DNA of 34,707 nucleotides from the NCBI RefSeq assembly GCF_001194135.2, contig NC_068990.1:66088795-66123501 (forward strand), written 5' to 3'. This document shows, piece after piece, positions 1 through 11,082 of this stretch. How positions within the stretch are numbered: the first letter of the stretch is position 1; each line of letters starts with the position of its first letter. Source of the DNA: Octopus bimaculoides (Eukaryota). The notes under the pieces were generated by a model. The model did no database searches and was not told the origin of the DNA. It worked only from the letters and a program-made list of their open reading frames with translations. Position numbers and translations under genes: made by a program.

Positions 1-75
1 TATATATACACACGCACACACACTCTCTCCCTCTCTTTCTCTCTCGCTCGGTCTTTCATACACCCACATATTTAT

Positions 76-1047
76 ATTACATGGAAAAATGCGAGCAAGA
101 GAAAAATAATATTCTTAAGATTATAAATCTGGAAAATTACAGGACAAGTAATTACACTTGGAAAAGTTTACGAAAACTTATTGCATCTGGTAATTACCTA
201 AAAAATTTCAAATAAATTATTTACATTTAGAAAATATTAGCTTTTATCAAGACTAAGAATTCAATTACAAGTTATTACTTTTATTTGTTATTACTTGTTG
301 TTTGTTCTTTCTAGAGCCATGCCTGGCTCATAAGGGCCTGTTACCCTCGGATTTATTGGTGTACAGGTTCCCCGCGATCCCTCGACCACAAGTCCGCTGC
401 TCTAACCACTAGGCCATGTGCCTCCACTTCCATTGAAAATAAAAAATAGCTAAAAATATTTTTTGCACTTTAAAACATTTAGTTTTTTTTACTTATTAGT
501 TAAAAATTAGAAATTTGAAAATAGATTATAAAAAATAATAGTACAAAATTAGTTAGTACAATAAATAGAATAAAACAAAAATTCGTTATATATTACAGTA
601 AAATCTACCTAGAAAAACAAATTCATAGTTAAATTTGCTTGAGTTATTGCTTGAGTTATCGCCAAGTCTACTCGTTTTTAGTGGCGACCCAAAGCCTATA
701 TTTTACGTAATGAATTTGGCTACTATATACTATTCTACTTTGCATAACACTTTAGTTATATTGGTACTTCTGTCTCTCATTCGTTAAGTATTCTAGTGTG
801 TCAATATTTTAACAAAATGTAGGTACCTTTTTGAATTATAATGTTACTTTATGAATTAAAATCAAATGATTTATGATATTCAAATTTTATCCCTAGTTGC
901 AATATTTTAAGTAAATATTTTCTTGTTTTGCACTTTACCAGATGCAATAAGTTGTTGTGAACTTTCCCAAGTGTACTAACTTGTCCTGTAATTTTCCAGG
1001 TTTATAATCTTAAGCATATTTCTCTTGCACGCATTTTCCTATGTAAT
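76..1047. mobile_element. Non-coding foldback/MITE-like element with long inverted repeats, copy 1
   Basis: 76-193 (ATTACATGGAAAAATGCGAGCAAGAGAAA...TTATTGCATCTGGTAA) is the near reverse complement of 935-1047 (TTACCAGATGCAATAA...GCATTTTCCTATGTAAT). The AT-rich interior has no ORF and is colinear with 17985-18811. Confidence 0.85.
295..425 (-). mobile_element. Internally deleted tRNA-derived SINE inserted in the foldback element
   Basis: Minus strand reads GGAGGCACATGGCCTAGTGGTTAGAGCAGCGGACTTGTGGTCGAGGGATCGCGG (tRNA-like head, A box TGGCCTAGTGG) joined directly to a tail ending GGCCCTTATGAGCCAGGCATGGCTCTAGAAAGAACAAACAACAA. It is absent at the homologous site of copy 2 (about 18230). Confidence 0.8.
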
Positions 1048-2959
1048 CCATGTTTTTCCATACTATACTATTATGCTAATTAATAATGTGTCAAATGTGT
1101 CAATTTGCGCTGTCGTTGATAATTTCTTTCTGACCACAATGACACCGGTGACAGAAATTAAATGTCCCCTTATAGAACTATATTCATAGAAAAAGTATAA
1201 AACTATATTATCACCCTCAAATTCGAGAAACAAACACTCATAATTTTAAAATAAAAATGTTAATTTGATCTAAACTTGAATGGTGGCGTTACTTACTCTC
1301 CTATAACGTTCCTACAAATTTTGATGTAAAGATTTTTCTACTAGATCAAATCTCAATTTTTTATGCCACATGTAGCTAGGGACCAGTCCTCTTTAAAAAT
1401 GTTAATAGTTTTCAATTTGGCTTAGAACTGAATGAGTGACAAGCTCTGAAATGTGCTGCGTGTGAGTAAATTGAAGCCTTAAGAATATTATCAACTACTA
1501 CCGTAGTTAAATGATGTGCACGCATATTTCATTGTCAATAAGAAAAAAACATTTATGCGGCATACGCTGTTGTAACATCATCATCGTCATTACCATCCTC
1601 ATCTTCCTAATCTTCCTAATCTCCCTCCCCTTTTATCTTCCTCATCGTAATTATTTATCATATTTGTCACCAACGACTTGAAAATTATAAAATATAAAAG
1701 TGACAAAGCAAAACAACAACGTAGCTGAAATCTATTTTCTCCCTTTACGTATTTTCTTTTTAAAATACTGAGTGTCAACATTGTAACATTGTTAGATTTT
1801 CTTGCATTTTATGCGTAAATATTATTTTACCAGAACTTAAAATATGAAATAAACTGCAGTCAGCGTTGTTTTTTCAAAATCTAAATGAAACAATAATGTT
1901 TAAATACCACCATCAGCATTAATAACGACAATAATAAAAATATTCTTGTATTTGGAGATGGTCATGTTGCCAGCTTAACGAATGAAAACACACGCGCTAT
2001 TTATTTGGTGTTCGCTGCTTCAGCTTTATTTCATATTGATTATATTTCGGCTAGAGTTCCTTCGTCACAGATTTCTGACCTCATCGGTGGTCCTTTGCTT
2101 TCTCCTTGTTTTTTTGTGTCTGTCCTTATTAACGATCTGCCATTTTGCGTTGCTGTTGCATGTGTACTTATTTGTGCATACGTATATCCCTGTGTGTGTC
2201 TATGTTTGGTACGTGTGTGTCTGAGAATGTGTATGGTACTTGCATTATCAGTATCTCCTCTTTATTCAGGTTCATTTTATTGCTTTTCTCTACTTACTTT
2301 TGTTTTTGTATTAATACAAAAAAAAACAAAAAGATCAAATTTGAAACGATCACGAAGCAGGAATTAAGAATCTGGAAAAGTAATAAAAGAAAAGTATGTT
2401 TGAATGTAAGCCATCTCAGGAAACCGAAAGATTTTTCTTATATGGAGTTTATATATATATATATGCATAAAATTTAGCTTCCCTGAGACGCGTCGCCACA
2501 GCGAAACGTGTGTGAAAGTGTAAACACTTTGAGGGCAATGCTTCTATACCAAAACTGCCAAACTGTGAGTAACCCTTTAATCTCGTATGCATCCATATCT
2601 CTACAAATCCTCTATACATATGTACATTGCTATATCTTGGTTTCCCGATAATACATCAATAATAATTGTAAAGTGTATGCCACCCACACAAAAAACGCGT
2701 ACATAAGAAACACCGGACGCTCGGTACTTAAATGTCTTTAATCAAAGAGGCGACAAGCCAGATTCCGATTCCTCTGGACTGGAAAGGAACACCTACTATC
2801 AGTGCTCGGTGAAAAAGTTATAAATAGAGAACAGCGAACAAAGAAGAAAGTAATAGTAGTGGATTTTGTCCAGTGAGCTTTGGGCAGTTACTATACGAAA
2901 TAAAAAATGCCAACACACATCCAGAGGCGGTGTTTTGTCAAAAGGTCAACGCTGTAAAG

Positions 2960-3240
2960 ACTGACCTATCTCTTAATGTCACTGTACAAACGAATAAGAC
3001 AAAAAAATGAGGTGATATATTCGCGCTACAATGCAACACCACTCAAAAACATACAGCAATTAACTCATATAGTAAATGGCCAATAAAGTGAACAAACACT
3101 ACAACATGTGCCAGAAAAGCCAGATAACCACAAGAAGAACACAACCGTCATTACACACGCAACACATCATACAAACATTAATACAACAGAAAACTCAAGC
3201 CAGATTCCACGACAAAAAATACTGATGCAATACAATACTC
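2960..3240 (+). mobile_element. Possible highly decayed Penelope-like GIY-YIG endonuclease fragment
   Basis: With one frameshift, GTG ATA TAT (T) CGC GCT ACA ATG CAA CAC CAC TCA AAA ACA TAC gives VIY-RATMQHHSKTY, resembling the VIYKATV...KTYIG motif of PLE endonucleases. Weak and interrupted. Confidence 0.3.
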
Positions 3241-3452
3241 CCTAAATGACAAAAACAAAAAAAAAACAATACTGTACATGCCTCACCAGTATGAAAGTGC
3301 AGGAATAGAATGTTAGTTGAAACTATCAGATGTCGAACGATTAATAGTGGTGATGACGACGGCGACGAGAGACAAGAGTTTGCCCAGGTTCAGTACAAAT
3401 ACAGAATGATAACAGATGTTATCCGAACACAGCATCAGGAGATAATAGAGTA

Positions 3453-5179
3453 AGGAGAAGGAAGTGGACCAGCACAGAAAACAGGATAGTGATACAGTGC
3501 TGTTTAACAAGTGAACCTAAATGAAGGGGTTATACAAAAGGGATATTAACACTTTCGGTAGAGAAGCGCATGTTTAAAGTGACTGGGCAGAGACTTGTAG
3601 ACTGACCTATGCTATTAAGAGAAAGTGGATAACAGAATTGGGGGTGGAAGAGGTCAAAAGAGAACTGGAAAGGAAAGACGAGGCAATAGAAAGCCAAACA
3701 ACAATATAAGCGATAGTGGATGAACTGAAGCTTTTTGATAAGAATAAAAATAAGATAGATTTCTGAATACAATTGTAATACTCTTCATCAAAGATATAGG
3801 CATAAAATTTAGAATAGATAAGTGTACAATAGTAGTCATGAAAGAGGGACAGTCAACAGTGAAGGCATCAAATTACCAGATAATCAGACATTAACATCAC
3901 TGAAACAAGTAGAAAGTTATGAATATCTAGGAGTATTAGAATCTGACAAAGTACTAACTATAGAAATGAAAACGAAAATTTAGGAGTGCATTAGAGAGGT
4001 GAAGAAGCTGATGCAGTCAATGCTAAATGGTCCGAATCTAGTGAAGGCCGTAAATACTTGGGCAATATCGTTACTTAGATACTCAGAAGTTTTTTGTAGA
4101 TTCAGCATGAATGGAGCACTTTACCCAATAGCAGGGGTAGCAAGATTATACATACGGGAAAGAAAGGTGGAGGAGGGTTAATATCAGCAGAAAAATGCTT
4201 GGAGTCGGCTGGAGTAGATATAGCTATGTAGGTAATAGTGAAGAAAGTTTATAAAGAGCTGCCAGAGTCACTGCAGGACATAAGGAAATCAAAAAGCCAA
4301 ATGAAATTACAAACCCCAAAAATAATAAAACAGGAAGATTATCTCACTGGCAAGAGAGGGCTTTGCTTGGTATATTCACAAAGATAGTTGTAGGAATCAA
4401 TAATAGTGAAATTTGATTATGGTTGCAGAAAGGAAGGCTGAAAAGAGAGACAGAATGTTTGTTAGTAGCAACACAAGATCAAGCATTCAGAACTAATTGG
4501 ATAAAAGCCAAGATAGACAAAAAGCAGGTTGGTTGCCAGTGTAGGTTATGAAAATCAAAACAAGAAAGTGATACTCATACAGTACTGGAATGCATCATGC
4601 TGGCACAGAAAGGATACACAACAAGGCACGGCAACCTAGGGAAAGTAATCCACGGGAGGTTATGTAAAAATCTAGGATTTAAACATACTGATAAATGGTA
4701 TGAAGATGAAGCTAACAAAGTACTAGAAAGTAAGAAATACAAGATGTTGTGGGATTTAACATTAAGACAGGCAAAATAATAGATGCTAGAAGGCCTGATC
4801 TAGTAGCAGTAGACAAAGATAGTAGAAAGTGACAGATAATTGACTTTAAATTTCCAATTGATGAAAACCACAATGTGAGAGATATAGAAAAAATAACAAA
4901 GTACTAGGACCTAGCTATTGAATTACAGAGACTATGGAAAGCGCGGGTTAAATGTATCTCTGTACCTATAGGTGCATTAAGAACTACCCCTAAAGATTTG
5001 AACAAATGGATAGAAGAAACTGGCATAACAGTTAGTTTAGTACAGCTCAAGAAATCAGTATTATTACGGAGAGCTAAAATACTTAGGAAAGTTCTTGGCA
5101 TCTAGGTTTATTTGTTGTAGCCCGAGGTTAGGATTTTTTCTTTTTTAATGGTTTAAACTGTTGTGCATATATGAAACAA
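3453..5179 (+). mobile_element. R4/Dong-clade non-LTR retrotransposon remnant, internally deleted (N-terminal domain, RT 3' part, CCHC region, REL endonuclease, 3' UTR)
   Basis: Manual translation: RRKWTSTENRIVIQCCLTSEPK*RGY (N-terminus); VDELKLFDKNKNK (MDDLKLF-type RT motif, 3716); YEYLGVLESD; LNGPNLVKAVNTWAISLLRYS; QDQAFRTNWIKAKIDK; LAQKGYTTRHGNLGKVIH; RRPDLVAVDK; IELQRLWK...LQLKKSVLLRRAKILRKVLGI* (stop 5103-5105). The 3' UTR runs into (TAC)n(TAA)n. Many stops and frameshifts. Confidence 0.92.
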
Positions 5180-5259
<80 letters not shown>

Positions 5260-5285
5260 ATAATAATAATAATAATAATAATAAT
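5180..5285 (+). repeat. (TAC)26 followed by (TAA)n microsatellite
   Basis: Read directly; lies immediately 3' of the retrotransposon 3' UTR. Confidence 0.97.
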
Positions 5286-5318
5286 AGATATATAAATGTA
5301 TGTATAAATAAAGAAATA

Positions 5319-5726
5319 AATGTATCTGTCAAGACTTACCAAAAACTGAGCAAGTATAAAGATCTTTAAATAGAACATGTGGAATCTCAACTCTAAAACA
5401 ATACCTTTTGTCATAGGGGCCCTATGAATGATAACAAAAGGGGGTGATTCTTACCCAGCTCAGATACCAGGAAACCCCAACATGGTAGAAAATCAAAAGA
5501 TAGTGCTCATGGGAACTGCCCATATCCTACTTAATCTCAAATTTTAAAACAAAGTCATAATTTTCTTGATTTCTTAAACATTCTGTAGAACAATACTACG
5601 TGCAAAACCAAATATATGGGACCCTAGGTATAACACCTACATGAACTTCTAACTTGTTGTCTCTTGAGGTCTCTGGGTGAGACTTGGATCCAACTTGTAC
5701 AAATGCAAAACAAAAGTCAAACATAA
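5319..5726 (+). mobile_element. 5'-truncated 3' end (REL endonuclease C-terminus plus 3' UTR) of a second R4/Dong-like family
   Basis: Translates NVSVKTYQKLSKYKDL*IE...TIPFVIGAL*MITKG...QIPGNPNMVENQKIVLMGTAHIL. The 3' UTR ends GTCAAACATAAAA then (TAA)n. Homologous to the minus-strand copy at 21463-21958. Confidence 0.9.
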
Positions 5727-5806
<80 letters not shown>

Positions 5807-5820
5807 CAACAATAATAATA
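5727..5820 (+). repeat. (TAA)n microsatellite, tail or target of the preceding element
   Basis: Read directly. Confidence 0.97.
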
Positions 5821-7082
5821 AAAGCAATAAAATAATACACGTCGTAGCTAAATGACACTAAAGAGTTGTCTGTTGAAATGTATCCCCTTACTCTGGTTTA
5901 GAATAATATCTTTTTCCTTTGGTCTAATACTTCTGTTTTTCGCAGTAGAATTAATTTTTTGTTTCCTGTTTTCTTCTATTTAAACTTATTTGTCTCAACT
6001 CTGCCACAAGAGGTCCAAATGGGAAAAATCATATAAAACAAATCTGACACTAATGTTTTGTCCACTTAAATTTATTTTCCCATGTTCACCGTCTACATTA
6101 ATTTTTTCTGCTTCTCACTCCCTTCTGTCAGACTTCTTTCAGCTGTCTCACATGCAGCTTGTTTAGTTCTCAATTTCCTTATATTTCCATATTTTCTTCA
6201 CATCTTTACAGAGTTTGTTTTGGTCAAGACAGATAGAAATATTAACCAAACTTCTGATAATTTCGTTCCAGTACTTCATGGGTATATTTGGACGATTTTA
6301 TTAATCTCTCTATTTCGATTGGCAGGCATGTTACCAATGATAGTAGTCTGATCATTGTTATGTGCCATGCTTGGAACATATTGATGTCACTTTCTACCCG
6401 TTTCCACCGATTTTTTTCCATATTTCTCTGTGGATTTGGTTGACAATGCGAATGTATATGTGACAAGGAATGGGCACTAGGAAATGGTGTAGCATTAAAC
6501 CTTTGTAGCTAAAATTATAACTTGATTTTATGCTTTTGGATAAAATGATTTTTTTACTGTTTTTGACCACCTTAATTAGTTTCAAGATTTTACTTTGTTG
6601 TGACCTAAAGCATATAGAAAAGTATTTTCTTCCTGTTTCCTTTACGTGCTATTGAGTATATTTCTTATGCCACAATTGGTATTTTTTAGTAGATTTCTAT
6701 TACCATCAGAACCCGTCCTACCACTGAGAAACGGATTTATAGTCTATTTATATCTGTTTAGCTGTGTTGACTTCCAATTGTTGTTAACGTTTTCTGATTT
6801 TTTTGTCTGTCTTAGATTTTCAATTCATTTAGCTTCAACTTTATCTAAATTATAAACTTCAAAGCCTGTAGGTTATAATTGATACTTATAAACTACAAGA
6901 ACTACTGTTTATAACTGAGTTAGCTAGTGTATTTTTTATTACTAGCATTCAGTTTTGTTTTAATATCTTGGCGCTTCTGGGGTGTGCTTTACTAATTTCT
7001 CTTTCCTTGCTAACGACTAACCCCCTACTTTCAACAATGCTGGCCTTGTAGCAAAATCAGAGAACAATAGTAATAACAACAA

Positions 7083-7147
<65 letters not shown>

Positions 7148-7151
7148 GTAT

Positions 7152-7186
<35 letters not shown>

Positions 7187-7190
7187 GTAT

Positions 7191-7240
<50 letters not shown>

Positions 7241-7250
7241 ATAGTAGTAG
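7083..7250. repeat. (TAG)n microsatellite with TAT interruptions
   Basis: Read directly; source of the poly-Leu ORF 7017-7283. Confidence 0.97.
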
Positions 7251-7566
7251 TAATTCTACGAATAAGAACAAAGTAATATACAATATGGAAGAAGAAAAAA
7301 ATGTATATGGTTCCTTGCTGATGATCTCCTAGGAGAAAAAGTTGTTATTTACTGTTAATTAAATTTTGAATTATACATTAAAATTTAGAGAAAGACATAG
7401 AAAAATATATAAAAGAATGGTGAAGGAAAACTGCAACAACATTATCAGCAATAATTTGTAACAAACTACATTACTAACAGTAACTTGCAACAGAACACAA
7501 CACTAACCGCATGTTTGGAGTTTTTACTGTTTGAGTACAGACAACCGAAGTGAGAAGTATGATAAA

Positions 7567-7575
7567 AATAATGAT

Positions 7576-7632
<57 letters not shown>

Positions 7633-7647
7633 AATAATAATCATTAC

Positions 7648-7707
<60 letters not shown>

Positions 7708-7718
7708 CATCATTATTT
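7567..7718. repeat. Compound microsatellite (AAC)n-(AAT)n-(ATT)n
   Basis: Read directly; the AAT block is followed by its reverse complement ATT. Confidence 0.95.
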
Positions 7719-9658
7719 AGATATGCGAAGGGGTATAGTTTTATGATTAAGATTTTGGTCTGACGACAATAAAGTCAGCACGTTGTGACCTTTTCATTCT
7801 ACGTTGCTCCAGTCTGCTCCGCGAAAAGTGAGTACCAACCGAAAATTGGTGCGTCGCTCATTCTCCCTCCAGCCCTGACACCCACAATGTTTCGGCAGGT
7901 CAAGTGTGGGAAGGCCAAAATGTTGTTTATTTTTGTCCATTGTTACACAGACACTTAAGGAGTGAAAGAATTGAACAATTTATGTCCTACTCGCACACTT
8001 TTGGACGGTTCTTGTATCGAAAATACCTCACAGGGTAACGACCGTGGCTTGCATAGTTACGAGATTCCCTTTGGAGAGGCATAACATACATACTGCCACA
8101 TTGCCAGCATACGGCGAAATGATGAGACTGAGATAACAGCATGTCGGATTGTCAAGAGTCAGTGGAAGAGTATAACTGAGCCAATAATGTTCTCAGTTTG
8201 ATGCTGAACTGTCAGGATAACCAACATCTATTAAGAGAGTAACTGCATTGCATCCACAGGGGCGGTGTCCATGATTGTGTATTCATTATGACTGAAGTTC
8301 CGATTTCCAATTTCATACCGAATAGATTTGGATGGCGATAGAAGGTCAAAGAATAGTGCAAGCTGCGCGACTGGAAGAAGAAAAATACACTTACACACAA
8401 AACAATAGTAAAAATAATATGAATCTGTTCTCCTAAAAAGGCGTATTGAGGCTGATTTCGTCGTGTTGCGGGTTGTGGTTTTAAAGAACAAGTAGAATAC
8501 AAAGGCTACGCTAGGAAGACTATTTAGAGATTTACATAACACTGCTTATCTAAACAAATCAATAAAACCTAGTAAACACCACTCTCTTAATTCGAGCGGG
8601 CAAATGTCACCTAACGGATAATGCGGTGGACGAAAGATGTCTCAAGTGCTACACATGACTACACAAAGCAGAGCAAGGCATGGATTGCTTTGAAATCCAC
8701 AACTGGAGCAACGATAGTACAAAATATCAGAGTCGTAGTTATAGCAACGTTATCACCAACAATAAAGCTTGAATTATTCTCACCACCACAACAACCAAAA
8801 GAAGCCATTCAGTAATACACGTAAAAGAAAAGCACAAGCGCTCAAGTATCTCTTCCATCTTTACCTCAGATATATTTGATTCTGAACCTCGTCTTGCATT
8901 GAGATGAAGACAAAAATGCCACCGTAAAAGAGTTTGTCGGAGTAAGGAGTTAAATAAATGTAATATATCAAGATATATGAAAATTCTGGACAGTGCTGAA
9001 TAGGGTCATAAAGCTACATAATGACACCAGCACAACACCCGCCAGCAACATAAGAACAGAAATAACAAAACACGCGGCCATGATAAAAACAATATCAACG
9101 ATAAAAAACATCGACGAAGACGATGACAAGGGTGACAAAAGTAATCAAATACACAAGACTCATTTCCTTCTAAGTTCACTGTTGTGAATAGAAATAATGT
9201 ATTGATGACTTACATAGCACAACAAGAGCAACAGTACAAAAGCAATGAAAGATGCTTTGAGGCTTTCGCTATATAACGTAGATTTCGCTATATAACGAAG
9301 AACTGGAACGAAGTTTCAGTGTTCTTTGATAATCAACCAACTGATATTCAAAATTACACATCTGTGGTATTACGGACTATTGAAAAGGGTAGAATTAAAA
9401 AAAAAAAAGAAAAACAGTCACGTTCAGAAACATAAGCAAGCAAAGGGCGAATATCTAGAAAACAATTACTTCCTACAACAGTATACGTTTCGAAACATCT
9501 GAAGTGATGCATTCGATGGTATCACTTATTACTTCGTATAAATTTGAGAAATAGTGTAGTGAACAGAGTCCAATAGTGCTCCGACTAAACGTAGCAAATC
9601 ATCTTTATCGTATTTACTTTTCATTATTATTTGTAATGTTGCATTTTTGCTTATTTAC

Positions 9659-9662
<4 letters not shown>

Positions 9663-9705
<43 letters not shown>

Positions 9706-9875
9706 NNNNNNNNNNNNNNNNNNNNNNNNNNNNNNNNNNNNNNNNNNNNNNNNNNNNNNNNNNNNNNNNNNNNNNNNNNNNNNNNNNNNNNNNNNNNNNN
9801 NNNNNNNNNNNNNNNNNNNNNNNNNNNNNNNNNNNNNNNNNNNNNNNNNNNNNNNNNNNNNNNNNNNNNNNNNNN

Positions 9876-9920
<45 letters not shown>
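9663..9920. repeat. (TA)n, assembly gap, (GA)n
   Basis: Read directly; N run at about 9706-9875. Confidence 0.95.
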
Positions 9921-9921
<1 letters not shown>

Positions 9922-11010
9922 CTCTTAGTTTTAATTCGTTCTTCAATGTATTGTTTGACGTTCAATCACCCCTCGCATTCGTATTTGCAAGCATTTCTTT
10001 TTTCGTAATTCTGAGTAAAAGTTTCGTATTGTTTGTATCTTCTGTACCTTTGTGGCTAATATAGAAAATACTAGATTTTCGTCATGATTGATCGTTGTTA
10101 ATATTATTGTTATTGTGCTTTGAGGAGAGCTGTACGTGTTCAGACATAAATCCATGCGAAGATTCTATTACTGCATTTATACTTAATATAAAAAATAATC
10201 TTCTGTCTTCTTTGGATTATTTTGCTTTGAAACATTTTAATATTCACACATTTAACTTCAAACTGCAGGAAAGTGACGTTTGTCTTCAGATATTTTTGTA
10301 CTTTTTATTTCATAAATATTTACTTACTTGAGTAACGACATGTCTTTGTCTGGCGAACTCACCTCAAGTATTTTGAACATGTTTTTGAACATTTTTGTAA
10401 AGATGAACATGAATATTTAAAAACAAACCAATTTTGACAAACAAGAAGGAAACATGAGAACAATTAAAGAAGCGACGGCAGACATTTGTACTCTGTAAGA
10501 AAGTCAATTTCAAAGACGGAGACACATATATACAAGAGCAACAAAAGTAGTGAATATTTTCACAATATGAATTGCCAAAAAAATCATTCTGTTTATGGGT
10601 CAACTAAAACAAAAGTTTTAGTAAATAATGTATAGATATATTACATCCTTGCCTAGCAATTTTACCGAAGTACACGGGATGAGGTGGTACACTAATATCT
10701 ATGAAAAAGCAAATATTCTCAGTTTGAAGCCTTATAATATATATGGAAGATTAAGGTCTTCATCAACTAAGGACGAAGATATTAGAATCAACACTTCATC
10801 CTTATGAACTAGAATGAAGTGAAGTGACAGACGGAGTTGGTGCATCACACATCTACACATAGGCTTGTGATGCATATGGTATGAGAAAACAAGATTATAG
10901 TCACAAGATTCGCATTGATATTGGCTCCTGAGCAGCACAGCATATAGGATACAGAAAGAAAAGAACACGTAAGACAGTGCAGGAGAGAAAGTCTAGTTGT
11001 ACATAGTTAC

Positions 11011-11082
11011 AGGCAAGAGCCATTTGCAGGCAAGAGCAATTTTAAGGCAAAAGTCATTTGCAGGCAAGAGCCATTTGCAGGC
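11011..11082. repeat. 17-bp minisatellite, about 4.2 units
   Basis: AGGCAAGAGCCATTTGC / AGGCAAGAGCAATTTTA / AGGCAAAAGTCATTTGC / AGGCAAGAGCCATTTGC / AGGC, with no spacers. Confidence 0.9.

Noticed and set aside
2055-2090. Hammerhead-like CCGATGA-GGTC...GAC-GAAG on the minus strand
   Set aside because: Two core positions deviate (CCGA, GAAG) and no stem I/III or cleavage triplet can be drawn.
1982-2477. Three overlapping hydrophobic ORFs resembling membrane proteins
   Set aside because: Composition is driven by T-rich and (TG)-rich low-complexity sequence; all three frames look alike and no domain is recognisable.
5145-5858. Poly-Ser and poly-Ile ORFs (also 7017-7283, 7474-7746, 17061-17354, 21935-22186, 22701-22959, 23023-23600)
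   Set aside because: They are translations of microsatellites or span N gaps; no coding evidence.
7760-7880. Weak resemblance to the SINE core (CCTTTTCATTCT...AAGTGAGTACCA)
   Set aside because: Too diverged and no tRNA-like head is visible.
8040-8830. Faint PLE-like peptides (IPFGEA; KCHLTDNAV...CLKC)
   Set aside because: Too short and interrupted to distinguish from chance without a profile search.
9265-9300. Short direct duplication TTCGCTATATAACG x2
   Set aside because: An isolated slippage-type duplication with no associated structure.
9483-9510. CGTTTCG motif suggesting a PLE hammerhead
   Set aside because: No CTGAnGA core at a suitable distance on either strand.
10364-10495. Minus-strand segment between a good acceptor (CTTTCTTACAG) and a strong donor (GAG|GTGAGT)
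   Set aside because: All three frames contain stops, so it is not a coding exon; no support for a non-coding exon.
11011-11082. Regular 17-bp repeats as a CRISPR array
   Set aside because: The units are contiguous with no spacers, there are no cas genes, and the context is eukaryotic.
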